A stretch of DNA of 64,000 nt from Candidatus Anstonellales archaeon (lineage in GTDB: Archaea; Micrarchaeota; Micrarchaeia; Anstonellales; J096), in the NCBI GenBank assembly GCA_038890745.1, contig JAWAFD010000003.1, forward strand, positions 1 to 64,000, in the 5' to 3' direction. The position numbers were made by a program, and so were the translations under genes. Below the pieces are notes generated by a model that was given only the letters and a program-made list of their open reading frames with translations, ran no database searches and was not told the DNA's origin. Below are positions 38,836 through 48,050 of this stretch, in pieces. Every line of letters begins with the position of its first letter. Positions within the stretch are counted from its first letter, which is position 1.

Positions 38836-40676
38836 CCTATCTCCCTCCTAAGCATTATTCCAATTCCTAAAACTGAAAACAGGACCATACCAAGGCAGGA
38901 TTTTGGTTTTTCCTCTTCAACAGGAGGAGCGATGTATTCAGTTGGTCCTCCAGATTCAACAGCGCATCTTCGAAGATTCACAAGCTCTTCATACTCCTCA
39001 TACCCCTCTTTGTTTGCGCTGAGTACATACTCCCCGCTTTCCAATATCCTAAAGCTTATGGTCATTCCATCATACATTCTTTTTCCTATGCTTGAAAACT
39101 GCCCGGGCTGGATTCTTCTTTTCAACTCTACCATCACTCCATTCAATTTCTGCCCATTCGCATACACATCTACCTCCAATTCATTCTGCGGGCATTTCAT
39201 AGAATACTCAACCGTCATCTCAGGGAATTTTGCCAAAAACTTGAAGTTTTTGTACTCTGTTTCATTATTCCCTGCTGCATCCATTACCCTTATGGTTATT
39301 TTGTGCTGGCCTGTTGTTAGATTCGTCAGCTTAAAGTCTTTACAGCCAAGGATTTCCTTCTCCTCTTCAGAATCTATCCTGTAAAAGCATTGGATTGGAG
39401 TAGTATCGCTCGCAACAAAATATACCTGAACCTCACCAGTATACTCCTTTCCTTCCTCAGGAGATTTTATCTCGAGCAGGGGCGCTGTTGCATCCACCTT
39501 AAACCTTATGGTTTTCTCATCCTTTTTTCCAGCATAGTCAACAACCCTTAGGGTAAGCGTGTGCTCCCCATCCGCAACATTCTTCAACTCATACTGCTTT
39601 ATGCACCCAGAAATCTGATTCTGCACACCATCCAATATTGCCCAACACTGTGCAACAGCAACATCATCAAACGCCCTATACTTTACAATCACATTCCTCG
39701 TGTTAAGCACCTGTCCATCAACAGGCGCATCAAGATAAACGGTTGGTTCTCTCTGATCAAAAAAGCTTGTGAGCGGAAGGTTGTCGTACACCCCCCTAGC
39801 CACCTCATGAGGCGTTTCCCCAAACCCATCTCCATCAGAATCATATCCCGTATACTTATCCCAGTAGTTTCCTCCCTGACATTTTCCACCTATTATGTTT
39901 GTTTGGTTGCAGTTTTTCTTTATGTTGAAATCATTGTCAGTATATCCAACATCAGCATCCTTATTGTTCCCCTCAAATTTGTTATCATATATAACATTCT
40001 CCTCGCCGTTAATAACGAGCGCATAATCCGTATTCTCAACAAATCTATTCCTGTGTATGCTGCACTCATCCTTTACAACCAGCCCTTTTTTATTTTTCTC
40101 AAAAATGTTATTTCTTATAGTGGCCTCTCCTAAGATTTCTGCCCCGCTAGTCGAGCACTCCTTAAATTCGCACTCCTCAACCAAAATATCGCTTGAACTT
40201 TCATCTATGCTGAGCCCAACCTTTCCTTTTGAAAACCTTGTTTTTTTCACAAAGATACTATTCGAGCCGATTATTTTCACCTGGCTATCACCTGCCGAAA
40301 AATAGGAATTGGTTATGTTTACATCCTCTGAGTTTGATATAAAAAACTGAACAGAGGAAGAATCTATACCATAAATCGTTATCCCCTTTCCTGTTATGTT
40401 TGCCCTTCCCTTCTCCATTTTGCATTCCTGCATCTTAAAGTTGTCCGCGTCAACTAGAATAAGAACGGCCGAGGAAGAGTTTGCAGTTATTTTTTTCCCG
40501 TTGCAATCCAGCACAACATCATCAGCGCTTACTATTATACATGGGCTCTCATTGGCGTTAAGGTTTGCAGAGAGCGTGTATGTTCCAGAAGAGCTTATCT
40601 CTACGCACTCGGTTATGTCACTAGCAGCGATCAATCCAAAGACCATCAAAAACACAAAAAAAGCCTTAAGGTTCAT
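38832..40676 (-). CDS. Cell-surface protein: beta-helix (NosD-like), Ig-like repeats and C-terminal sorting TM
   Basis: Signal peptide, LDCNG, GGNYWDKY..DSDGDGFG, two Big-like repeats, KSCLG-TM-RR tail. Confidence 0.8.
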   Translation of the reverse strand: MNLKAFFVFLMVFGLIAASDITECVEISSSGTYTLSANLNANESPCIIVSADDVVLDCNGKKITANSSSAVLILVDADNFKMQECKMEKGRANITGKGITIYGIDSSSVQFFISNSEDVNITNSYFSAGDSQVKIIGSNSIFVKKTRFSKGKVGLSIDESSSDILVEECEFKECSTSGAEILGEATIRNNIFEKNKKGLVVKDECSIHRNRFVENTDYALVINGEENVIYDNKFEGNNKDADVGYTDNDFNIKKNCNQTNIIGGKCQGGNYWDKYTGYDSDGDGFGETPHEVARGVYDNLPLTSFFDQREPTVYLDAPVDGQVLNTRNVIVKYRAFDDVAVAQCWAILDGVQNQISGCIKQYELKNVADGEHTLTLRVVDYAGKKDEKTIRFKVDATAPLLEIKSPEEGKEYTGEVQVYFVASDTTPIQCFYRIDSEEEKEILGCKDFKLTNLTTGQHKITIRVMDAAGNNETEYKNFKFLAKFPEMTVEYSMKCPQNELEVDVYANGQKLNGVMVELKRRIQPGQFSSIGKRMYDGMTISFRILESGEYVLSANKEGYEEYEELVNLRRCAVESGGPTEYIAPPVEEEKPKSCLGMVLFSVLGIGIMLRREIG

Positions 40677-40770
40677 GAGGCTGTTTGATGCGTTCTTTTT
40701 TTAAGTTTTCCTAATTTTTTAGGGGAAAACCACAATCTATTTTTAAACATTTTTATGCAAAAAAATCACC

Positions 40771-41430
40771 ATGATTAAAACCTACAGCTCTGATACTCGC
40801 AAACCTCTTTATGCAAAACTCGAAAATCATCTGAAAAGCAGAGGCTACGGAAACCCATGGCAAAAATATAAAATACTTACTGATATCGATGAGAATGAAA
40901 AAACCAGCATCCTTTTTCTTGGATTGCATGCGGGTATAGAGCCGGTTTCAGGATTAATTCTTTTGCTTCACAAAAGAATTTCCAATTCAAGGATTTTTAT
41001 AATAGAATACAGCGAGGATGTGAAGTTGGAGGATAGGTTGAAGAGCCACGAAACAACAGAAGCACCTTTTATTAGAGAAAAAATGGCAGATGTAGTAGTA
41101 TCCATCCATACCATGCCAGATGACTGGCTTGAAAGAAAGATTGCAGTAGGTGGCTTGCCAAAACAATCCGAACTTAAAAAAATTCTCGCTGAGAAGCTTA
41201 GCCAGGCAATTTCTTTAGAGGTGATAATTGCGAACGGTGAAAATGGGTTTAAAGAGTTTATCGTTCAAGGCCAGAAGAAAACAAACCCAGTTAACTATGC
41301 TGCAATAAGGGAAGGGGTTCAGATAGAGTTTCCTTACTTCCTTCTAAAAGACGGGGCGCATGATGAGAGTATAGCAACCGGAATAATAGATTCATTGTTG
41401 AATTATTTTCATCTGTGCTCCCATTTATAG
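40771..41430 (+). CDS. Poly-gamma-glutamate hydrolase-like (DUF867/PghP) zinc peptidase
   Basis: LHAGIEP, VSIH, NPVN and GVQIE match the family motifs. Confidence 0.55.
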   Translation: MIKTYSSDTRKPLYAKLENHLKSRGYGNPWQKYKILTDIDENEKTSILFLGLHAGIEPVSGLILLLHKRISNSRIFIIEYSEDVKLEDRLKSHETTEAPFIREKMADVVVSIHTMPDDWLERKIAVGGLPKQSELKKILAEKLSQAISLEVIIANGENGFKEFIVQGQKKTNPVNYAAIREGVQIEFPYFLLKDGAHDESIATGIIDSLLNYFHLCSHL

Positions 41431-41900
41431 GTTCCACTGTACCCTTCCCCTGTTTTCTCAACCAATCTTACGAAAATCATCTGCCCTATCTTTGCATTCC
41501 TCTTCAGCATTATCCCCTTTTTGTTATGCACAGTAAGGAGCATCTCCCCTCTTCCTTCATACCCAGGGTCCCATACAGCAGTATGTAATGTTGCGCCGCA
41601 CCTAAGTAAAGAAGAGCGAGGAAAAACAAGCGCCATCATATCCTGCGGAATTTTTATGTATTCGTTGAAGCTTACCTTATACGCTCCCTGTTTTAGTTTT
41701 ATCCACCCATTCTTTCCAAAATTCAATTCCTTGCATTCGCTTATTTTTCTCTCAGAGTTGTCAAAATCAACCTTCCCCATTCCTTTAAAACTAAAAATTT
41801 TTTTCAAAGTCAGGTCTACTCCTGCTGGCTGAAACTGTTCATTGCTCAAAAAATCAGAAACAAGAGAGGAAGAGATCAGATGCTCTTTTGGGAGAATCAT
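41409..41900 (-). CDS. dut: Archaeal dUTPase (dCTP deaminase/dUTPase family)
   Basis: QPAGVDLT, PRSSLLR, WDPGYEG, YSGTY. Confidence 0.88.
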   Translation of the reverse strand: MILPKEHLISSSLVSDFLSNEQFQPAGVDLTLKKIFSFKGMGKVDFDNSERKISECKELNFGKNGWIKLKQGAYKVSFNEYIKIPQDMMALVFPRSSLLRCGATLHTAVWDPGYEGRGEMLLTVHNKKGIMLKRNAKIGQMIFVRLVEKTGEGYSGTYKWEHR

Positions 41901-42326
41901 CTATTCGACCCTTGGGTTTACGTTTGGAAAATGCAGTTTTATCTCAAACTCAGCAGTGGAGGAAGCGTCGCTTGCGTGCACAGCATTATGCCCTACATCC
42001 GTTCCAAACCTTGCCCTTATCGTTCCTGGCTCTGCTTTTTTAGGGTCTGTTGCACCAACCAATTTTCTAAGGTCAGCGATCGCGTTTTCCTTCTCAAGAA
42101 CAAACATCACAACCTTTCCAGAGGTTATGTAGTTTATAAGGTCGTCATAGAATGGCTTCCCCTTATGAATTTCATAATGTTTTTCCGCTATGGCTCTTTT
42201 TATTTTTGTGTTCTTCTCCGCCACTATATTAAAACCCGCATCCGTGATCATTTTCTTTATTTCTCTAACCTTCTCATCATCGCAAGCAACCTCTGGTTTT
42301 ATCATAAAAAAAGTCCTTTCCTTCAC
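41901..42326 (-). CDS. ndk: Nucleoside diphosphate kinase
   Basis: MIKPE, PGTIR, NAVHASD. Confidence 0.96.
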   Translation of the reverse strand: MKERTFFMIKPEVACDDEKVREIKKMITDAGFNIVAEKNTKIKRAIAEKHYEIHKGKPFYDDLINYITSGKVVMFVLEKENAIADLRKLVGATDPKKAEPGTIRARFGTDVGHNAVHASDASSTAEFEIKLHFPNVNPRVE

Positions 42327-42336
42327 AACCTTCCCC

Positions 42337-42564
42337 TCATTTTTTCTTTTCTTCGCTTTTCTCCTCTTTTTCGCCTGTTTTTTTTGTCTCTTCCCTAAAC
42401 CTTCTGAATTTCTCTGTCCACTTGCTCTTCCTTCCCTCTCTCTTAAGCTTTAGCGAATTCTTTTTGCACTTATCCGAGCAGAAATAGTATGTTGTTCCAT
42501 CAGCCTTTACGAACATCAGCCCTCTCCCTTTTGGGATCTCCCTTCCGCAGAAGTAGCATTCCAT
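42337..42564 (-). CDS. rpl24e: Ribosomal protein L24e
   Basis: CYFCG...FCSDKC...KWT. Confidence 0.95.
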   Translation of the reverse strand: MECYFCGREIPKGRGLMFVKADGTTYYFCSDKCKKNSLKLKREGRKSKWTEKFRRFREETKKTGEKEEKSEEKKK

Positions 42565-42568
42565 CTCC

Positions 42569-42790
42569 TCACCTTTTCGGCTTTATTTCCTTGGCTTCCC
42601 TTTCTGTTTCCATAAGCATTATTATCATTCCAGGTCTTACGGGCCCTTTAAGATTCCTAAGTATCACCCTTCCTGCATCCTTTCCTTCAAGGATTTTTAC
42701 TAAGCACTGGTATATCTCACCGTAAACGCCCGTCTTTCTAGGTCTTACTTCTACTATCTCCGCAGCAAATCCTTTCTCTTCCTCAGCCAT
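42569..42790 (-). CDS. rps28e: Ribosomal protein S28e
   Basis: TGVYGE, RNLKGPVR, ETEREA. Confidence 0.95.
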   Translation of the reverse strand: MAEEEKGFAAEIVEVRPRKTGVYGEIYQCLVKILEGKDAGRVILRNLKGPVRPGMIIMLMETEREAKEIKPKR

Positions 42791-43170
42791 CACTTTTCAC
42801 CCTTTTTCTTCGCCTCATGCTTCGGCAGTCTTTTTACAATGTCTTGCAAAATCTCGGCACCGCTTCCAGGATCCTCTACAGCAACGCTACTCGTCCCGAC
42901 CTTCAGCCCTGCAGCTTCCCCAAGCTGTTTTTTTGTCTTTACATATAGGTATGGAATCCCCATCTCCTCGCACAGGCCAGGAAGGTGCATGGCTATTTCT
43001 GGAGGGCTTACATCCTCAGCAATCACAACAAGCTTTGCCGCTTTCCTCTCGATGCTTTTTGTAGCTTCATTTATTCCTTTCCTTACTTTTCCAGTATCCT
43101 TGGCAACGCTTATCAGCTCTATTGCCATCTTCCTTACTTCCTCTGGTGTTTCAAACTTTACATAACTCAT
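42790..43170 (-). CDS. rpl7ae: Ribosomal protein L7Ae
   Basis: KGINEATK, IAEDVSPPEI, LGEAAGL. Confidence 0.96.
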   Translation of the reverse strand: MSYVKFETPEEVRKMAIELISVAKDTGKVRKGINEATKSIERKAAKLVVIAEDVSPPEIAMHLPGLCEEMGIPYLYVKTKKQLGEAAGLKVGTSSVAVEDPGSGAEILQDIVKRLPKHEAKKKGEK

Positions 43171-43201
43171 ATTTTCACCTCGCTTCAGCTCATAGGCTCA
43201 T

Positions 43202-44263
43202 TTAGGTTTTTCTTTTTAGTGGCTCAGGATTTTTAAAGGTTTGCGTATCGGATGCCGGCATATTTTTGTCGAAAATAGCGCGTTTTATATCTTCAGTACC
43301 AAAATGCAGTGCAAAATTCTCTATCCTTTGCTTCATTTTTTCGCTCTTCCTCATTTCGTAATAAGATATCAGCACTTTTGGATCATTTTTAATAATATGA
43401 TTTATACCTTCGGCAAGTAGACACCTCTTTTCTTCCCCTCCTTTTTCCAAGCCTTTAAACAAGACATTCAGCACCCTATTCTTTGACCCATTTTCAAACA
43501 GGGTGCGCACGATGGTAAAAAATCTTTCCGCTTCCATTCTTTTCTTGCACACATCTATGCTGCTTGTACAAATTACATAAAATACAAATTCGTAAAAATG
43601 AGCATAGCGTTCTATGATTCTCAAGTCATTATTTTTCACCGCCCTTTCAGCCAGCATCCGCAAATATCCGCGCAGTACATTTTTCGGTATGATCTCCGCA
43701 GCATTCCTTTTACCATTTTTGTGGAAATATTCTTTTTTGTCTACCCTCTCTTCTAAGAGGCGAACTTCCTCCTCTTTTGCCGCTCTGTCCAGAATATACT
43801 TAAAGAGGATTTTTGCTCCTGGTAGTTTGAGTTTTTCTTCGTATTCTTCATACCGACTGGTCTGCGCGTTATACCGTTCAGAATAAGCAGACGCATCACG
43901 CTCGACATACTTGCCCACAAAAATAATATCGGCCATATCCAGTATACTAAATAAAAAGTCTAATTCCTCTTTATTCCATTTTAACTTTTTCTTCTCACAG
44001 TTGTTTATGCTAAAAATAACTTTTCTCGTTATTTCAGGAGCGATATACCCAACCTTTTTTTCAGCCAGTTTTTTTAATCCTTCCTTTGCTCTATTTACTT
44101 TTTCCCTGTCCTCACAAAAAATGATGTATTCTATCAGCTCCCTTGCTGCAGCGATTATGGAGAAGCCATTTCTACATTCTTCTAAGAGTTCTTCTATTTT
44201 AATATCTCCGTGGATATACGTTCTAGCTAATTTTCGATATTCTGCCATTTCTGCACTTACCAT
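43202..44263 (-). CDS. Alpha-helical hypothetical protein
   Basis: 353-aa ORF with own TTTAAA box; no family recognised. Confidence 0.7.
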   Translation of the reverse strand: MVSAEMAEYRKLARTYIHGDIKIEELLEECRNGFSIIAAARELIEYIIFCEDREKVNRAKEGLKKLAEKKVGYIAPEITRKVIFSINNCEKKKLKWNKEELDFLFSILDMADIIFVGKYVERDASAYSERYNAQTSRYEEYEEKLKLPGAKILFKYILDRAAKEEEVRLLEERVDKKEYFHKNGKRNAAEIIPKNVLRGYLRMLAERAVKNNDLRIIERYAHFYEFVFYVICTSSIDVCKKRMEAERFFTIVRTLFENGSKNRVLNVLFKGLEKGGEEKRCLLAEGINHIIKNDPKVLISYYEMRKSEKMKQRIENFALHFGTEDIKRAIFDKNMPASDTQTFKNPEPLKRKT

Positions 44264-44336
44264 ACTGCTACACTATACAAAACATTTTTTAAACATATTG
44301 CAAAACAATAAAAATTCTATGAATGAAAATAAGGGC

Positions 44337-45257
44337 ATGCGCATTCTACTGCAGTTCCCAGAAGGGTTGAAGCAGTACGCCATGCAGAAAGCAGAGGAGC
44401 TTGAGAGCCAAGGCCATGAGGTTTTTCTCTCCTCCTCAAACTCCTATGGTGCATGCGATATCGCGATAGAGGAGGCAAAGGCTATAGGGGCAGATAAGAT
44501 CATACATTATGGTCATGCTCCATTTCCGCTAAACGTAAAATTAGACATACCTGTTGAGTTTGATGAATGGAGAATGGATTTTGATGTTTCTGGTTTGGAG
44601 ATCGCTGTTAATGAATTCAGAAAAAGAAAAATAAGAACTATTGCGTTAGGCACGACCGTTCAGTATGTTCATAAACTAGAAGAGGTCAAGAAGTTTTTTG
44701 AAAAGAATGGGATAGAGGCCAGCTACAAAAAAGGAAGCAAAACTTACTACCCTGGTCAGGTTTTAGGATGCGATGCCGGTGCGGTTGATATCGAAAGCGA
44801 TGGGATTTTATTTGTAGGGGACGGGATGTTTCATGCTCTAGCCATAGCCTCTCTTAATGTTGATAAACCCGTGTTTCTATTCCATCCAAAAGGAAAAACG
44901 CTTAAACAAATAAATGATGAAATAGAAAAGCTCAGAAAAAGAAGAAAAGGATCAATAATAAAAGCAGTTGATTGCAAGAGTTTTGGCATCCTCCTATCCA
45001 CAAAACCAGGTCAGTTCAACCCTGAGGTTGCAAAATGGATGAAAAAAGAGCTTGAAAAAAGAGGAAGAAAAGCTCAGATAATAGTTTCAAACGAATTCGA
45101 GCCATATGCGCTGAATGATTTTCTTGTTTTCGATTGCTATGTTTCCTCTGCCTGCCCAAGGATAGCAGAGGATTATAAAGAGTTTGAAAAGCCGGTTTTG
45201 AACATAAACATGTTTAACGAGCTTTTGAGAATTTTGGATGAACTAGCCAAACAATAG
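44337..45257 (+). CDS. dph2: Diphthamide biosynthesis protein Dph2
   Basis: LQFPEGLK, YGACD, GQVLGCD, GDGMFH, ACPRI; start revised from 43911. Confidence 0.93.
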   Translation: MRILLQFPEGLKQYAMQKAEELESQGHEVFLSSSNSYGACDIAIEEAKAIGADKIIHYGHAPFPLNVKLDIPVEFDEWRMDFDVSGLEIAVNEFRKRKIRTIALGTTVQYVHKLEEVKKFFEKNGIEASYKKGSKTYYPGQVLGCDAGAVDIESDGILFVGDGMFHALAIASLNVDKPVFLFHPKGKTLKQINDEIEKLRKRRKGSIIKAVDCKSFGILLSTKPGQFNPEVAKWMKKELEKRGRKAQIIVSNEFEPYALNDFLVFDCYVSSACPRIAEDYKEFEKPVLNINMFNELLRILDELAKQ

Positions 45258-45623
45258 ATCCTCAATTCTGTATGCAACGTTTGCAGCTTTTTCAAATGTT
45301 ATCCCGTAGTTTATTTTTTTCTTTTCAAAAGCAGGAAGGGGAATAAAAAACCAACCAAGGTGTGATTTTTTCCACGCAACATAAACCTGCATTAGTGAAT
45401 TCTCCTGCCATCTCATCAAATCCTCAAACTGTTTCTTTTCAATTGTTAGAACAGATTTTTCCTGAGCCTTGCACTCTATCGCGTACTCCTTCCCTTTTTT
45501 TATTGCAATAATATCCGGCCCTTCGAAACCAGAGCCTGCTGCCCTTACAACAATAAACCCATGCTGTTTGAATTTATTAACCAACTCTCTCTCTGCCCTG
45601 CTTCCCTTTCCGTACCACCACAT
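45243..45623 (-). CDS. hjc: Holliday junction resolvase Hjc
   Basis: KGSRAEREL, VRAAGSG, PDIIA, IECK. Confidence 0.93.
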   Translation of the reverse strand: MWWYGKGSRAERELVNKFKQHGFIVVRAAGSGFEGPDIIAIKKGKEYAIECKAQEKSVLTIEKKQFEDLMRWQENSLMQVYVAWKKSHLGWFFIPLPAFEKKKINYGITFEKAANVAYRIEDLLFG

Positions 45624-45699
45624 ACTATTCCATTTCCCTGAAAACCATTAAAAACATAGTAGAATGAGAAAGTGAAAAAATAAAAAGAATGAATTTGTT

Positions 45700-46389
45700 C
45701 TATTGCGCTGCGATTGCCTGCTCGCACTGCGCTCTGGCCTCTGGGTCTTCTATGCTCGCGCATATGTTGCCCAACATCTCTTTTACATTACAAACCTTGC
45801 CCGGGGTTGCGAATCTCTCCTCCCCAAACATGGCAGGCTCGCATTTGTATGTGTATTCGTATCCAAGGTCTTTGTATGTTGCTCCAACTGTTTCCTCCTC
45901 ATTGATTTCGTACTCCTTTGCCTCTTCCTTTGGATAGTAAAGCCAGTCGCAGTTTTGATACATCCCAACTTTCATTTCTGGTGTCATCTGTAGATATGCC
46001 TCCTCATTCTTCATTATAACCGTAGTTGAGACTTTTCCATCAGGATTGGTTTGCTGGCTTTCCATTCTGATATTTTTGTTTAGGATATAGTAAACCGCAC
46101 TTCCGCTTATTCCTTCCCGCGCAGATCTGTATGTGAATGTGCATTTTATGGGAGCACCCAATTTCATCAACGCGCCCATAGCCATTTCATCGTAGTTTTG
46201 AGCCTGTTCTTGTTCTTTTTCTTGCTCCTGAGTTTGCTGCTGGGTTTTTTGTTGCTCTCCACCACCTTGCTGTTTTCCTCCCTCTGCTTGTGTTCCTGTT
46301 TTTTCTCCACCACCCTTTCCCGGTAGTTGGATGCATCCTGCGAGAAGAAGCATACCAACTATTGCAACTACTATAAGTAATTTATTCAT
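45700..46389 (-). CDS. Hypothetical lipoprotein
   Basis: LLAGC lipobox, Q/G-rich linker. Confidence 0.75.
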   Translation of the reverse strand: MNKLLIVVAIVGMLLLAGCIQLPGKGGGEKTGTQAEGGKQQGGGEQQKTQQQTQEQEKEQEQAQNYDEMAMGALMKLGAPIKCTFTYRSAREGISGSAVYYILNKNIRMESQQTNPDGKVSTTVIMKNEEAYLQMTPEMKVGMYQNCDWLYYPKEEAKEYEINEEETVGATYKDLGYEYTYKCEPAMFGEERFATPGKVCNVKEMLGNICASIEDPEARAQCEQAIAAQ

Positions 46390-46427
46390 CGTCCCACCGC
46401 TTATTCATCTTCAAAAAACTTTATAAA

Positions 46428-47318
46428 CTAACCTATCTTTGAATAAAAACTCCTATACCCTGCTTTTTTTATCGCAGAGGATATTTTCTTTGCTTTTTCC
46501 TCATTTTCAGCAAGCGCAATAGCGCATCCTCCTCCACCAGCGCCCGTAAGCTTTGCACCGAGCGCCCCATTTTTATTAGCAACGGAGATTATTTCTTCCA
46601 GCTCCTTTGTTGAAACACCTATCTCTCTCAAAAGAATTTGATTTTCATCCATAAGCTTCCCAACTTTCTTTAAGTCTCCTTTTCCAAGTGCATCCAAAGC
46701 ATTTTTGGATATTTGAGCATATTTTTTCAAAACATTCGAAAACCATTTTTCGTTCTCCTCCTTTCTCTTTCTCACCATCCCAACAAGCTCTTTTGTAATC
46801 CCCTGCTTCCCGCTTATCCCAATCACTATATAAAACGGTTTTTTTATTCTCAGCCGCTTTATTACATTCCCGCCCTCTCTTTTTGTGAATACAATAACCC
46901 CCCCGTAGGTCGCTGCGGTGTTGTCTATTCCAGAAGGGGTCCCATGAAATATTCTTTCACTTTCATATGCTGCATCACATATCTTTTTTTCGCTTTTCCC
47001 TAGGTCAAACTCATTATCTATCGCTCTTGCGATCGCAACCGCAAGCGCTGCAGAGCTTCCCAACCCTCCGCCCGCTGGAAGCTCAGAATGCACATTTTTT
47101 ATCCTCACTCCCGCATCCACACCGAGCGCCCTTTTTATGGCTTTCAATGATTCCATTCTTTCTCTTTTGTATTCGTTTGTGGCCACCTCATCCTCATCGG
47201 ACTTTTCAACTTCTACTTCAATTCCCTTTTCCAGCCCAGCAACTATCCCGGTTTTTCCGTATACTACAAAATGCTCACCGAAAAGTATTGTCTTTCCAAA
47301 CCCCTTTCCCTTCGCCAT
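46428..47318 (-). CDS. mvk: Mevalonate kinase
   Basis: KTILFGEHFVVYG, GLGSSAA, HGTPSGID, KLTGAGGGG. Confidence 0.93.
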   Translation of the reverse strand: MAKGKGFGKTILFGEHFVVYGKTGIVAGLEKGIEVEVEKSDEDEVATNEYKRERMESLKAIKRALGVDAGVRIKNVHSELPAGGGLGSSAALAVAIARAIDNEFDLGKSEKKICDAAYESERIFHGTPSGIDNTAATYGGVIVFTKREGGNVIKRLRIKKPFYIVIGISGKQGITKELVGMVRKRKEENEKWFSNVLKKYAQISKNALDALGKGDLKKVGKLMDENQILLREIGVSTKELEEIISVANKNGALGAKLTGAGGGGCAIALAENEEKAKKISSAIKKAGYRSFYSKIG

Positions 47319-47369
47319 GCTTAAATTTTTACCTATTCATTTTTAAACATTGCTGAGTGCAAAAAGAGT

Positions 47370-48017
47370 GTGAACTTTCCAAACCTGCTCGCAACCATGG
47401 AAAAGGAGGCGAGAAAAAGAAATGCACCGGTGTACAGGTTCTCAAGACTCGCAAGAAACAATTTTCAGATTCTGCTCTCAGCCATCCTCTCAACAAGAAC
47501 AAAGGATGAGACAACGATTAAGGTTTGCGAAAAGCTTTTCAAAAAAATAAAAACCCCTCAGGATGTTTTGCGAATGGGAGAAAAAATAATTCGCAGGGAG
47601 ATATATGGAATTGGCTTTTACAAAAACAAATCAAAACTAATCGTAAGATGCGCAAAAATTTTAGTAGAAAAGTACGATGGAAAAATCCCAAAAACAAAAG
47701 AAGAGCTGATGAAACTCCCGGGCGTTGGGAGAAAAGTTGCAAATGTTGTTCTAGTTCATGCATTCAACAAAAAAGCCATCCCTGTTGATGTTCATGTGCA
47801 TAGAATAAGCAATCGGTTGGGGATAGTTAAAACAAAAACTCCAGAACAAACCGAAAGAGAGCTGGAAAAGATCGTTCCAAAAAGGTTATGGAGAAAACTT
47901 AACACCACTTTTGTCGCCTATGGTCAAACCATATGCCTTCCTAAAAACCCAAAATGCAAACAGTGTAGGTTAAGAGAGGGTTGCATGTATTACCGCTCAA
48001 AAAAACAAACTTTTTAA
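47370..48017 (+). CDS. nth: Endonuclease III
   Basis: LPGVGRKVAN HhH, VDVHVHRI, C-x6-C-x2-C-x5-C. Confidence 0.93.
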   Translation: MNFPNLLATMEKEARKRNAPVYRFSRLARNNFQILLSAILSTRTKDETTIKVCEKLFKKIKTPQDVLRMGEKIIRREIYGIGFYKNKSKLIVRCAKILVEKYDGKIPKTKEELMKLPGVGRKVANVVLVHAFNKKAIPVDVHVHRISNRLGIVKTKTPEQTERELEKIVPKRLWRKLNTTFVAYGQTICLPKNPKCKQCRLREGCMYYRSKKQTF

Positions 48018-48050
48018 TACTTTTTGTACCAAAAAATTAGTGGTGAAATT

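Noticed and set aside
43911..44336. N-terminal extension of Dph2 in the ORF track
   Set aside because: Antisense to the 43202-44263 gene; homology starts at MRILLQFPEG
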